Positions 32,196-46,244 of a stretch of 64,000 bases of DNA are shown here, one piece after another (position 1 is the stretch's first letter; every line of letters starts with the position of its first letter). The notes below the pieces were generated by a model, which saw nothing but the letters and a program-made list of their open reading frames with translations, made no database searches and was not told where the DNA came from. Origin of the DNA: the human T2T-CHM13v2.0 reference genome, Homo sapiens; the NCBI RefSeq assembly GCF_009914755.1, contig NC_060931.1. One strand, written 5' to 3'. A program made the position numbers and the translations under genes.

Positions 32196-34382
32196 TATTA
32201 TGTATGGATTTTCTTCTCAACTTTATTAAAAGCTCCTTGTGAAAAGGGGCCTTGCCCTGATTTGTATGAAGCAGATAATTTTTGTTGCTACACTGTAAGC
32301 TCTTTCTAAATTTTTGTTCTTGACAAAAGGTTTTTCTAGCCATTTCTTCTCTATAAATATTGATCAAGGTGGTATTTTATAATCTAAGTATTAATGAAAC
32401 AGTCCCTCTGTCATGGATTTTGGAGCAAGCTGGAGAGAACATCTCCATATTGACTGATTCTTTCTATGCCTTTCATGTTGTCATTGGGCTTAGAGGCATT
32501 TTATGACCTTGGATGACATTTCTTATATTAGACTTTGAGTATGAATAAAATCACAGAGGTAATTTTTACCCAGTATCTGCATGCCATTATATAAATTAAA
32601 TGCTATTAAGAAAATAGAGTCCTTTTTGCTTTACTTAGTAGAAACTTCAAATTTGTCAAATGCTGTACATGTAAATAACCCAAAGAAGTTAGTCACAAAG
32701 GACTTTCAAATATTAAAAAAAAATTCTCCCTCCATACTACCACCACTATTCCATAACTGTGTGGAAATGTGCTTAGGGATCTAATGTTCCCCAGACCAGC
32801 GTCAAAGTCAAAATCCCATTTTGCAAGGGATATAAATCTCTGAATTTGAAATAGCTTTTGAAAATGTTTGGAGTTTTAATTTCATACTTGCCTAATTTTA
32901 ATGTGGGTCAAGAAAATGGAATGGCAAATGCAGCTGGTAGTTGGCATAATGAGACAGCATGATTAAAAGTCAAAAATAATAAGTAGAGAAGACAGAGAGA
33001 AAGAGATAACATCAAACCATGTATTTCATGTATGTAAAAGATAAATAATTGTTTTAATTAAGTAAAACTGCATTATTTTGAGGTTAAGTGCTACGTTGTT
33101 AATTGAAACTGATGATTTTTTATTAATTACACATCTTTGACCCATCTTTCATTTACCCACCATTGCTTTTCTTCATTAAAATTATCTTCTCTGATTTTAA
33201 CATCCTGCTCTTTTCCTCTTCAAGGTTCTTACACTTTTGTCTTAGCAGTGGAATTGCTGGCAAGGCTTGCCTTCATTTGCACGTCATCCTTTCTACTCTT
33301 TAAATCATAGTCTCCTTCCTCTGTCCCACTGAAATCTCCTAAAGACTTTGAAGCTAATTTAAAGTGATACTTTCATTGCCTCTAATTATTAAGGAGTAAT
33401 AGGTGATGATGATGAGTGTACTCCACAACAGAGTGAGCCTGTTGAAGTCAGTGCCCTCTTATTTGCTGTTTCTCCTCAATTTAATAAAGTCGATTGACTT
33501 ATAAAATTTGCTTGGTAGGAAAAGTGTTTTCCAAGTAAATTAATTGCTCAATGTTTCACTGTAATTTGCCTACATACTCTTTCTGTGGATTTCAAGGTGA
33601 TCCTGCTTTTTAGTAACAGATGGTTGATCAGAAATTATATATGTTTATGCCTGCAATATAGTACCAACACCCATTAGAATACCATTGCTATCAAATTTAG
33701 ATGTGTCAGGATAATAATTACCAAGCAGTCCTTATAAAAGGGAAATGCAGAAGAAGTTGATTGATTCCATGGCAACTCTGAGGTGCACGTTACTGCTCCA
33801 CTTCTACTTGAGGAGAGATGTTATTGCTCCTTGGATTTCTTCTCTGCACATGAACTGTGGAGACAATCTCATTTCCACTTCATAGGCACAGTGGTTGATT
33901 ATTAGTGAAGATCAGCCCTGGCAAAGAGTCTATCATGTGTGTCAATGACAACTGACATAACTGCCATATTCCCCTCACTCCCTAAACCCTTCCTCAGATC
34001 AGCATTTTGGACGTTGGTTTGAAAATATCTGTGACATCAACTAAAGAAGAGCTGTGCTGATAGTTATTATTTTCACCGTGCCTGCACTGGCTTTCTGTGC
34101 ACATCATGCATCTCTGAATATGGACTAAATGGAGAAGAATGCTTCTTTAATCTCATGTTGATGTCCCAAATAACAGAGCGTATTTGTAAATCTCTAAACG
34201 TATAATACCTGCATCTCAAAACAACATTTCCCCTAATAAGCCAGTCAGTTAAGTCTGCAAGTAATTTTGCATCCTCCCAAGAATATTTGAACGATTTTAG
34301 CTTCTTGGGGCTCTTTAGCACTAAAGCCAGCGTCCACATTTCTCCTTCTTTGAAGGATAGTCTATCGCTTCAAAGCAGCTCA

Positions 34383-35095
34383 TTTTAGTCTGCTCATGCA
34401 ACTATAACAAAATACCGCAGACTGGGTAATTTATAAACAACAGAAATTCGTTTCTCATAATTCTGGAGGCTAGGAAGTCCAACATCAAAGTGCTGATAGA
34501 TTCGGTGTCTGGGGAGGGAGCTCTGCTTCCAAGATGGTGCCTTCTTGCTGCATCCTTAACATGGCAGGAAGGCAAAGGCGCAAACCTTGTGTCCTCATGT
34601 GGCAGAAGAGACGGAAGGGCCAGGAAGCTCTCTGAAGCCTGTTTAATAAGTATATTAATCCCATTCATGCCAGGTATGGTGTCTCATGCCTGTAACCCTA
34701 GCACTTTGGGAGGCTGAGGAGGGAGGATCCCTTGATGCCAGGAGTTTGAGACCAGCCTGGGCAACATAGCAAGACCCTGTCTCTCCAAAAATAAAAGGAA
34801 ATTAGCTAGACATAGTGGCACACACCTGTAGTCCCAGCTACTCAGTAGGCTGAGGAGGGAGTATCGCTTGAGCCCAGAATTTGAGGCTGCAGTGAACCAT
34901 GTACACGCCACTGCATTCCAGCCTGGGGTGACAGAGTGAGAGCCTGTCTCTTAAGAAAAAAAAATCCCATTCATGAGGGCATAGCCTTCATGGCCTAATC
35001 ACTTCCCAAAGGACCTACCTCTTAATACCATCACCCTTGGGGATTAAGTTCCAACATATGAATTTTGTGAGGACGCATACATTCAAACCATAGCA
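34383..35095 (-). mobile_element. MaLR solo LTR (MSTD/MLT1A-like) split by an Alu
   Basis: ataacaaaatacc.cagactgggtaatttataaacaacagaaatt...ctggaggct.ggaagtccaa...ttcaaaccatagca. Confidence 0.85.
34669..34962 (+). mobile_element. AluJ-like SINE
   Basis: Full dimer; TSD aatcccattcatg at 34657-34669 and 34963-34975. Confidence 0.92.
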
Positions 35096-35814
35096 CTATC
35101 TGGTGAGTATAATTGTTCAAAGTGGCTTCCCCTTGTCCACCATTTGTATCTAATTCCTAACATGAGGTTTTATTATAAATAATTGGACGCCCCTTTCCTT
35201 CTGAGTTGTCAGAATGTTATCTTGTTTAGTGGCCTTTTGCGATGTTGTGATACCTCCTATAGCTTCCTTGCTTTCCCCCTGAGTTACTAAACATCTTCGT
35301 ATTTTCTCGGTGCTCTTTATCTTATGACAGATTTTCTCTATAAAGCATTTGGTGGCAAGGTAGATTAAGTGAACCATATAAAACCAACATTTATTGCTGT
35401 GTGTAACTTTGTTTTATTAGCTAATCAATGTACTTTCCCAGTGTAACGTCTCCATCATTTCTCCTTTAGGCCCACTAGTAGCCTTCAATTTTCTGAAAAG
35501 ATTAATTTCAGAAGACATAGGAAGTTGATTGAGACAGAGACAACTCAGGTTGGTTGACGCTTTACCTTTGGCTGAAAAGACATAATTATTTCTGATAGGG
35601 TAATATTTCACAATTAGTACCAAAAATAATTTACCTTAGTATGTGAAAATAATAATTGCAATTCAATGTCACAGTGATAGTTGCTAATTGTTTCCACCTC
35701 CTACTCCCCCAGACAGACACACATACACATTCAGTAGCATCAGTAGCAGTTATAAATTTCTGTCAGCCCAAATGCCTGGTTACTTTTGAGCCTTTTAAGA
35801 TGTTGGTACATGGT

Positions 35815-35985
35815 TAATAGCATAGGTAAAGAGCATGGTGGTTTCATTTCAGAAATTAGGTTTGACACCAACATCTGCTACTTATTAACAGTGCATCTTT
35901 GCGCAAGTCATTAAACGATTCTGAGCTTCAATTTTTTCATCAAAAATAGAGGTAATGGATATTTTACCTATGTTATAGGACGTTT
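35815..35985 (+). mobile_element. MIR SINE
   Basis: ggtaaagagcatgg...ctgctacttattaacagtg...gcaagtcattaaac..tctgagcttcaattttttcatc. Confidence 0.65.
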
Positions 35986-36409
35986 TCTCTCTTATAAGAG
36001 ATTTTTCTTGCCAGCATCTCATGACTTTCATTGCTTATTCTGAGATATTTTAACACCAAGGTGATACAAATTCCGGTGTTCCCAAATTGCCATTTCTTGG
36101 GCATGAGGAAATCATATCATCCCTTAATGAATTGAAAAGTAGACTGATTTGCCTTGAAGCTCTGAAACTAATTCACAAGAGCTCAAAGGATTTACTTAAT
36201 TACTAATCCTGGTCATGGGTCCCATGAGTTTGGCGAAAGTCCCAGTTTTGTAAAAGTCCCTATCATCACTTTAAGGTTTTAAAGACATGTTTTTAAAGGA
36301 CTTCTTTCTTGCCTTGCTTCCATTCTGAGGCCCAAAGACTTTTCCAACAGTCTGTGTCTCACATCAATCAAACCCTTTGCTTGCCGTAAAAAGTTACCGT
36401 CTTTCAACC

Positions 36410-37040
36410 AACATTCTCAAGATTTAACATACTTTCCCCTCTGTGAAGCACTGGGGGAAAGTGACACAACACACAGTTCCTGGGAAAAACTGACAGGGTA
36501 ATCACAAAAAGTATGTGTGGAAAGTTCTAAGAAGAGGGATATACATAGGATTCCATTAGCACAGGGAAGAGAGCAACTAACAGATTGAATACAGGACAGG
36601 GTGTGATGACATTGGAAATAAGTCTTAAAAAGGAACAAGTGTTATCCAGGACAAGGAGAAAAGAAGGCATTCTGTATTTAGGAAAAGGCATCCACAAAGG
36701 CACAGAAGCAAGAGAGTAGAATCTGTTTGGGAAGGAACAAATGGCAAAATAAACTGGACTGAAGGAATTGCTCAGGTGACTAGAAATGGTATCACAGAGG
36801 GACACAGGGACCAGAACAAGAAGGACATGGTAGGCCATTCTACAAGGTTTGTCTTTTATCCTAAAGGTGATAAGAAATCACTTAATGATTTCAAGTAAAG
36901 GAGTAAAACAAACAGATTTATGTCATTTGAAGAGTGATCACTGTAGCAACAGTATGACAGATGATAGTTTTCTGGTGAAGGCAGTTTACCCAAGTCAACA
37001 AGACCAGTTAGGAATATTGCATTAGTCCTGATAACAGATT
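36410..37040 (-). mobile_element. L2 LINE remnant
   Basis: Typical L2 antisense motifs: aaggcattct...aaaggcacagaagc...gtaggccat...ttttatcctaaaggtgataagaaatcact...agaccagttagga. Confidence 0.65.
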
Positions 37041-37313
37041 TCAAGGGCTTAAGGAGTAAAAGTCATGCATATAATAGGTTTTCAATAAGTAACTGTCAAA
37101 TAAATAAATTAATTAAATCATCCCCTTTTGAGATGCCTGATCCTATGACTGAAGGATAGGCAGTTTAGGTTTATTGTAGACTTTAATATAAAAACGCGTC
37201 ACCAGAGAGAGGGCAATTAGTATGCTGCAATAATGTTTAGTGCTTTAACAAAGAGCAACTCTAGTCAATACTCCACCAGAGTTCCCTAGAATGGATACTA
37301 CAGAGGAAGGATG

Positions 37314-37380
37314 GTGTGTGTATATGCATGTGTGCTTGTGTGCACATGCATGTCAGTATGTGTGTGTGCGTGTGTGTGTG
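37314..37380. repeat. Imperfect (TG)n microsatellite
   Basis: gtgtgtgtatatgcatgtgtgc...tgtgtgtgcgtgtgtgtgtg. Confidence 0.85.
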
Positions 37381-38637
37381 AACCCATCTAAGCAGACTAG
37401 AGATGGAGGGAGGAATAGGAAATTCAGTCAGTGAGAGAGAATGTGAGCCCAGGCAAACTTTATATTAATTATCAAAGTTTACAAAGATAAAAAGGATTAT
37501 GTCAATAGAGGGCAACTCATAGTTAAGTGAAGGTTTTATCCATAAGGCGTCTTTGATAGCAAATACTGTGCTCACAAATGAAGCCGAGTAATGCATTAAA
37601 AATTAATTACATTAATTTCAGCTGTGAAAAAAAGGATATGCGAATTTCATCCTAGGCATCCAAAAGACTGTAAGACTTGACATGGCTCGAAATAATGAAA
37701 GATACCATTGCACGGGTAGCCATTGCATAGGCGGGGTTTTTGTTATTGGCAATTTATAATAAATAAGCCCACTAATATTACACTTGAAAGGACCCTTAAT
37801 AAATATTATAATTTATAACATTTTTGTAGAGAAATATCTAATTCTCATTTTTCTTTTGCCAGAAAGTTTTGATATATCTTTCAACTTGGAGTGAAACTGC
37901 TGATAAAGTAGATTTTAAAGAGTTGAACATTTAGAAAAGAAAGGGCAGAAGATTGAGAGATATACATGTGATTTATAAATGGAGACAAAAGGTAGAGTGG
38001 AAATTAAAATTCTTTTAGATTGTAGTATGTTATTTGAATAGAGTGCAATTTCCATGAACCAGAGGAGAAAATCAATGTCAGAAGAGTTTGAAGTGTATGG
38101 AAATGCTTATGCAGCATGGGCTCTCTCAGTTATCCTGACCCTCTCCTTTCTGAGGTTGAAAAACTGATGGGAAGTCATGAAAGAACACTAATTTCTCCCA
38201 GGAAAACGCTGTGAGGATTGAGAACTGCTTAATAGTTCAAACTAATAGATTGCTGTGTATAAGAATTCAATATCCCAAGGCTTTGTAAATGAAGGGAAGT
38301 TTTAATATCAGCCTAAGGGATTTTTCCATTAAATTTTTAATTTGGGAACATGTGGAATTCAATATGCATGGATTCGGTAAAAGCACATGTCACTGCAGTT
38401 TGGGTATAACGAAGCTAAAAAGGAGCAATGCTTCTATGCGAGGAAGTCTTCCAATTTATATTTCATCAAAATTATATTACATTTGACTGTGTTGCTACAT
38501 GCATTTATCTCTAAACATTGTATTAGAAGAGATTTTTTTTTCGATTCCCCTCTCAAGTATAAGGTTCACTGTAAAGGTTTTAAAGAGCTAAAAATTGTAA
38601 TATTTTCATTGCTAAGGCAAGTATTTCCTTCTTTTAA

Positions 38638-39052
<415 letters not shown>

Positions 39053-40783
39053 ACACAAGGACTATTTTAAGATCACTTGGAGAGATTGTTTCCTAGAATG
39101 CCTGACAGTTTTCTTCAGAACTACTGCTTTGTAGAGAAAATAGTAATTGTTAAACCTTTCTGCACGAAGCATACAATTTTTCGAATGTGCCCTGCCTAGG
39201 TGTATTTTAAGAAAAGTTTCAATTTGGTTGCATAATTTCAGGCTTTGCTAGGCCCATGGTGATGATAACATTGAAAAATAACTTGGTATGCTGCTTGTTC
39301 TCCTACTGCTAAGATTTTATCACAAACTGCTAGTTTGCTAGAGATTAGCTGCTAAAATGCTCTCCTGATTAATGTGCTAATTAATTAATGCAGCTGCTAA
39401 ATTGTAATGCTGATTAAAATACACCACACAGAGAACACTGGAAAAACTCCCCAAATTAGTCAATCATGCCAGGTGCATTTCCAGCCTAGAAAAAGCTCAG
39501 ATGCTGCACAGAATAATCTCTATTGCCACTTATTGAAGCAACTGGAAGATCTGTTAGTCAGGTCCCCAATTCTTTTACCTCAGTCCTTAAATTGACTTCA
39601 TGGTCAGAACCCAAATATTACACATAGGGAATAATTACGACAATCTGTTCTCTTTTTCTATAGCCAATTAGTCTTCTCTAGTAATGACCACAGTGAACCA
39701 GGAATGAAACCTTGCAAGGCATGATGGCATCTGTAGTGCCCATGATGTGCCTTGAGTTAAAACCCAAGTCCAGACTTAGCTTGATTGGCTCTTTGGAGGT
39801 TAGGAGCAATAAACATTCTTTCCAGGTGACCCAAATTGTGGTGTTTCCTCTCTGACAGCTTTGTTTTCAGGAGTTAGTTTCTGCCTAAAAAGGAAGGAAC
39901 TCTTAAGTATTTACCACATACAAGGCATTATAATAGGTAGAAACACAGACATTTTTATTCCCTTTGAGAATTTTATTTTTTAATTTTGAGACTAAGAAAT
40001 GTATCTTAAAAGTATGTGCCATTACCAGGTAACAAACAAATAAACACCAGATCAGTAGAATTGACATTGAAAATTACAGAATACATAGGAAGAATAATTT
40101 GGAGTTGTGATCTATTCCTCAATTAAATAGAAATTGAGATAAATCATGAAAAATGGATGGATTTGGATTGATGGACTGATGAATTGATGGATTGCTAGCA
40201 TGTAGAAACCATATGAATAAAGATGTAAGAACCTGAGAGAGAACAGGCCTAAAAATGAATGAAGTTTAGTCAGTTCAACAAAGATGAAGCTAAATTGCAA
40301 GTTGTCAGCATTGGGTCTCAGAATTCTGAGTTTACATGGGCCAGTGTAGAGCTTGCCTTGAATGCCAGGCAAGAAGTAGGCCAATGAGTTCCTAATCCTC
40401 TGGAGAAGAGTGACTTGTTTTGGGAGTATCTATCTGTCTACAATAAGAAGACAGAATTGGATGAGAAACACTGGAGAGGAAAAGATAAATAGGCAGAGTT
40501 TTCCAAATATCCAGGTATGCTATTTCTGACTTAAAAAAACAAAACAGGTAATCCAAAATTTTAAAGTGTATAGATAAGTTATTCTGGACAATGAACCAAG
40601 AAAGCCTGTAATAAAATGAGAACACAGGCTGTGCAGACCCTAATTCTTCCATATGTAGGTAACAGAGAATAATACTTCTTGCCAAATCTTGAGGGATTGT
40701 GCATTAGAATTTCTACAGAGACATGGTCCCTTGAATCACACTGAGTACATTTAGATAGTGACAGCCTTTAAGACTATTTGCAT

Positions 40784-41226
40784 TGTTATGGATTGAACAT
40801 ATTGATATGTTGAAATTCTAGCCCCTGGGACATGTAAGCGTGACCTTATTTGGATAGGCGTTTTGCAGATGAAATGCAGATGTTTATATGAAGTTTTTAG
40901 GATGAGTCTTAATTCAATATGACAGGGGTCCTTATGAGAAGAAGAGAAGAGACACAGAAGCAAAGGCACACAGGAAGATGTGATGATGGAGGTAGAGATT
41001 GGAATGATGTGTCTAGAGGTCAAGGAATGCCAAAGATTGCCAGCAAACACCAGAAGCTGGGAGAATCAAGGAAGGATTCTCCACTGCAGGTTTCAGAGGG
41101 AGCATGGCCCTGCCAACATCTTGAAGTCAGACTCCTAGGCTCCAGAACTGTGAGACAATAAATTTCCATTGTTTTAAGCCTCCCAGTTGTGGCATGTTGT
41201 TACAGCAGCCCTAGGAAACTAATACA
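40784..41226 (+). mobile_element. MLT1C-like MaLR solo LTR
   Basis: tgttatgg...gtgaccttatttgga...caaggaatgccaa...ccagaactgtgagacaataaattt...gcagccctaggaaactaataca. Confidence 0.88.
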
Positions 41227-41244
41227 TCCAGTAAAAATTCTAAC

Positions 41245-41460
41245 AGTTACTTTCTGATGAGCTTTTACTGTGCACCAGAAGCTATGGTGAGCCCTTTTCA
41301 CACATAACCTCACTCAATTGTCACAGTAATACTCTCTGGTAGATATTATTATTACCCTTATCATATAAATAAGAGAGAGAGGTACAGAGAAACGGAAAGG
41401 CTTGTCTAAAGGAAGTCACAGTCTGTCTGATTTCAGTGCCCGTGCACTATAACCTCATAA
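41245..41460 (-). mobile_element. MIR SINE
   Basis: gagcttttactgtgcaccag...ggtagatattattattaccc...gaggtacagaga. Confidence 0.55.
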
Positions 41461-41994
41461 GGCAGGGAAAATGAAGTCTCATGCTGTTTCCATAATTCTG
41501 AAGTTTTCAGACTTGCATGCATCACAAAGCAGAGCAGGGTCAAAGTCTTTGTGAGCAAGATTATGAGCAGTTGTCAACCCAGGCTTCCTAGACCCCAAAG
41601 AGTGAGGAAATCAAGCTGTGTTACTAGCCTCCATCCTCTGCTTTTCTCGTTGCCAGACTCAGGGAAGAATACCTGTCATCTCTTCCTTGGAGATGCCATA
41701 GCCACATTGACTTGGATATCAGTCAACATCTATTCCAATATTCTTTCTTAACAAGTGAAGAACCAAGGCTGAAGGTTTAGGGTAGGGGCTTACGATCAAA
41801 ACTAAGTTTCATTTGGCTCAGAAATAGGAACAGATCCAGCTGCACAGTCCAGTGGGGTTTGTTTGCATGTTTTTTTTCTTACCGACTTCATGATTTCTAT
41901 CTATTAGTGGAGAAATTGAGATGCAATTTCAAAATGGGAATGTAATTTATATACATATACTTCTATTACCTGAGAAAGCACATAGATTATTTTA

Positions 41995-42110
41995 AAAATT
42001 AATTTAATAATTGTATATTGAGCATTTACTGTAAGTCATAAGGTCCCATGCGAGGAGCAGGGGATACCAGCATGAATGTTATGTTGATTTTATATCTCAG
42101 ATGGGAGACT
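41995..42110 (-). mobile_element. L2 3' end remnant
   Basis: tattgagcatttactgt...ggggataccagcatgaa. Confidence 0.5.
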
Positions 42111-43309
42111 TCTATTCTGCTGAAATGTCATATATTAGTGATCTATCACCTAGAATGAATCTGTTTATCCTCCTTAACCCCAGTTGCTGAAAGCAGGGCT
42201 TAGTCCCCAAAGATAGAAAATGACGTCTAAAAATACATAAATTTTATTCCTGGCTAGGGCTTCTGTATCAAAGGCATAGCTATTTTCTCTCCTGATGCGA
42301 ACTTAAAAAATAGTATTGTTTAAGGGCATGAGGATGAGCAGTTGAAAAATAGCTAAGGGAAAGCAACTCTTCTTGAAATGCATCGTTTAGGTTTTTCTTT
42401 CATGGTATCAAAACCTCAAAAATTGCGTCTCAAGAAGAAAGTCAGCCACTCTAGGAGAAGACAATCCCTCCCTGGGTCTTTGAGATTTGGCTTCCTTGAT
42501 ATGGCCCCAAGAATTCCACAGTCCAGCCTGTTGGCCTCATTGTTTTGCCCATGTTTTCTTATCCCATACTGGAGCTTCAACTTGAGAAGGATGAAGGGTA
42601 GCAGTGATGGTAAATATCGAAAAAGGGCATCATTAAGAGGAAATGAAATGTGATCAGTAAATACAACATCATGTACTAAGTGTGTTAATAGAGGTATGGA
42701 TGAGGAGTGAAGGTTGTTCACATAGAGAAGTGAAGAACTTTGCCTGAGAGTGTTGGCAAAGTTTTCATAGAAGACATATAAATTGGATCTAAGGGTTGTA
42801 AGAAGGTCCTGCAGAGGAAAGAGAGGGAGACAATGTCTGATGAATTAATGTATCCAGACCTAAAAGTTCATTTGAGCAATTACTGGAAAGTGGGGGAAGA
42901 GTGATATACCCATGGCAAACTGTAGGAGAATTTCACCCTGGGTCAGACAGCTATTTAGAACTTGTAACAAGAGGGAATTTTTTTTTGTTTTTAATTTTTT
43001 GTTTTGGTAGAGAAGAGTATTTTTGTCTTAAACAAATTGCTGGCACATGATGATAATATGAAGCAGACTGACTTTCAGCAGGTTTTATCATGCATTTTAA
43101 TGTTCTACAGAAAAAGTTCCCACTTATTGCTTGCAACTAAAGTGCACCACCCTCATAACCCTCCCTGGATACATTATTATAAGGGGAGATTATTATGCTA
43201 AAGTATAGAAGGCAAAGAGGGAGGAAGTTTACATGAGATTAGTGCATTTTTCCTAAGGCAGCTGACGCCATCAGAAGACTTTGTTTAATTTTTATATTTT
43301 ATGCTTGTT

Positions 43310-43635
43310 GATTTCCCTTATGATAAATAAATATACACTTATTGTCAAAAATATAAAAAATATAGTAAAATATAAAGGAAAAGTCAGTTACTCTTGTTCC
43401 TATCCATGTAAGATGACGTTATTATTAGCTACTTCTGATCTAGTAATTTTGTCATGCATATATACTACAAATGTTAATATTTTACATTTATTCTCATGAT
43501 TGTAAATTCAGTTTAATATACTCATTTTCACTTAAATGTATATTATGGAAATTTTCCCATATAAGTTAAAATTATCTAATGTCATTATTAATGTTCCTTA
43601 GTATTCCATTATTTATATACATTATAATTTTTATA
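43310..43635 (-). mobile_element. Ancient L1ME-type 3' UTR remnant
   Basis: tttcacttaa..tatattatggaaattttcccat...tagtattccatt. Confidence 0.5.
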
Positions 43636-43756
43636 ATATCATAATATGTAATGCAAGAGAAAGAGTCTGTGGATTAAATTCAATTTGGATAAGCTGCAAT
43701 AAGCCTTAAAGTGTGAAACTATGATCATTACCCTCCCTAAGCTTAAAATCTTTTAA

Positions 43757-44074
43757 ATTTTATTTATTTATTTAGAGAGAGTATCTCTCTGTGTCACCCA
43801 GGCTGGAGTGCAGTAGTGCGATCATGGTGCACTGTAACTTCAAACTTCTGGGCTCAAGTGATCCTCCTGCCTAAGCCTCTTGAGTAGCTAACACTACAGT
43901 TGCATGTCACCACATCCAGCTACATTTTTACATTTTTGTTGTGGTTGTTGTTGTTGTGGAGATGGGGCCTCACTCTGTTGCCTAGGCTGGTCTCAAACTT
44001 CTGACCTCAAGCAGCAATCCTGACTTGGCTTCCCAAAATACTGGGAATACAGGCATAAGCCACTGCTCCTGGCC
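43757..44074 (-). mobile_element. AluJ-like SINE
   Basis: Full dimer, (TTTA)n tail, (GTT)n in linker; degenerate TSD taagctta. Confidence 0.9.
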
Positions 44075-45697
44075 TTTAAGCTTACAGTCCAAAGTACTCA
44101 CCTAGAAGCTCAAACACTAACTCAGCTAAATTTGCTTCAGGGGGCCAATCTCCATTTGTCTTGCTGCCAGTTGGGTCTGGAATCGTATTAGATAACAGTA
44201 AATGTACTGAGGTTATACTTTTTTATTGACACAAGTTTCTTATCTATTTCTTGAATGTTTGGAAAAAAGATATATTGAGGAAAAGTAAAGTACTCAATAT
44301 AAGAAAGCAGATAAAAATGATTTAAGTAACAATATTTTCTTTGACTTTGGTGTATAGTCAAACTGGTGAGGAGTAACATAATTTCAGTAGTAGAATAGGT
44401 TAGGTACTGCAGTATAAACCACCCCCAAAACTATCATTGTTACCCTTGTCTAACATTTAAAAGGTGAATCCTTACATGTTGGTTTTTGATTCACGTATTT
44501 ACGTTTTTCTTTCTCACTGATGAATCACTCTGCCTGCTCTCTACCTGGTCCAGATCTGACTGCACAAAGGATGAGAATATAAGTGAAGATATATACACAC
44601 ATATGCATGACTAAACCTAATTTGATAAATGGGCTGCTTGATGCTGAAGTGGCTCAGAAGGGATCACTTTGGATTAGAAGGGAATAGTTATGGGGCATTG
44701 CCACCTGCAAATTTGTTCATGGCTTTGCCTGAGTTTACAGCTGAGCTTTGGTCCGAAAAGCTCTTAAACATGATTTATCAACAGCCTCCAGAGTCTCCTT
44801 GGGGTCTGCACTAATTCAACCAGGAGTTTCCGCTACTGAAAAGAATTTAAGCACCACTTTCCAAGGGCACCCAAGATGTTCACAGATCAATTTAACAGGT
44901 CACTTCAAAGTTAAAAAACAAAAAAGTATTTTTAAAGCCACTAGATAATATATTCTTAATCTAAACTGCAGTCTCATTCACATTATGTCACAATATACCA
45001 GTTAGAATTTGCTTCGTTCCTATTTTCTGTAATACGATTTCTGTCACAGGTTTATTTTAATGTGAAATCACTTTCTCAGGGTTGTAAAATCTACTCGTCA
45101 TATCAGAGCTTAATTTTAGGGCAAGGTCAGGGCTTCATGTGAAATAGCAGAGGACTGTAACTAAGATACCACTAACTATGTAATAAAATAGTTTGTTGAA
45201 TTGTTAGCTTTGTGACTTAATTCCATTAATTGTCCAGGAAGAAATGTAAGGATGAAACCATTCAGATAACAAGTTTGAATTCTAATAGTTTGAATTTATT
45301 TTAGTAAATACTGAAATAATAATTGAATGAATGCATTTAGAAAATAAAGTATCCTTTTGGCTATTAATTTGATCATAAATATAAAAATAGTTTCTTTTTT
45401 ACTACCTGGCATTTGTATAAAGTTTTCTTCTATTTCAAAGTATTTTCTCTCACGTAAGCCTTCTAGAAATGATATGAAATGAATAAGTCAAGGAAAAAGC
45501 CTTTATTATCATTGGACATGAAAGGAGGCTTAGAAATCTTTTGAATGACTTTTCCTGGTAAAAGAACCTATTTCTTTAATGGTTGAATTTACATAATGGC
45601 TTGAATTCTCATAATGGGAGATTTTAGAAACAGGTCAAAGTCAAAACTGCATTGGGATCTAATTCATCTTTTTTGCCTTTGAGAATCTTAAGACTCT

Positions 45698-46108
45698 TGT
45701 GTTAGTCCATTCTCACATTGCTGTAAAGAAATACCCGAGACTGGATAATCTATAAAGGAAAGAGTTTCAATTGGCTCACGGTTTTTCAGGCTGCGCAGGA
45801 AGCATAGTGGCGTCTGCTTCTGGGGAGGCCTCAGAAAACTTCCAATCATGGTGAAGACAAAGGGGAAGCAAGCATCTTACATGGCAGGAGCAGAGTCAAG
45901 GGAGAGGGAGAAGGTGCTATGCACTTTTAAATGATCAGATCTCATGAGAACTTATTATCACGAGAACAGTACCAAAGGGATAGTGTAAAACCATTCATGA
46001 GAAATCCACCCCCATGATCGAATCACCTCGTAGCAGGCCCCACCTCCAACAATGGAGACTAGAATTCCCCATGAGATTTGAGCAGGGACACAGTTCTAAA
46101 CCACATCA
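45698..46108 (-). mobile_element. MSTA-like MaLR solo LTR
   Basis: tgtgttagtccattctcacattgct.taaagaaatacc.gagactgg...ctggggaggcctcag...aaaccacatca; TSD actct/actat. Confidence 0.9.
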
Positions 46109-46244
46109 ACTATTGTGAGTAGAAGGGAGAAGTTGGCTTTTAGTCATTAGTTTTCTTCTATCAAGGCAATCTTGGATGAAAGAGAAGCTATTCTTAGTAA
46201 ATTGACACATGATGAAGGAGACATAAATTTCCTTTGTGTGACTA

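Noticed and set aside
34073-35623. Short minus-strand ORFs in unique DNA (34073-34339, 35150-35377, 35417-35623)
   Set aside because: No recognisable homology or convincing exon structure; lengths are within chance expectation
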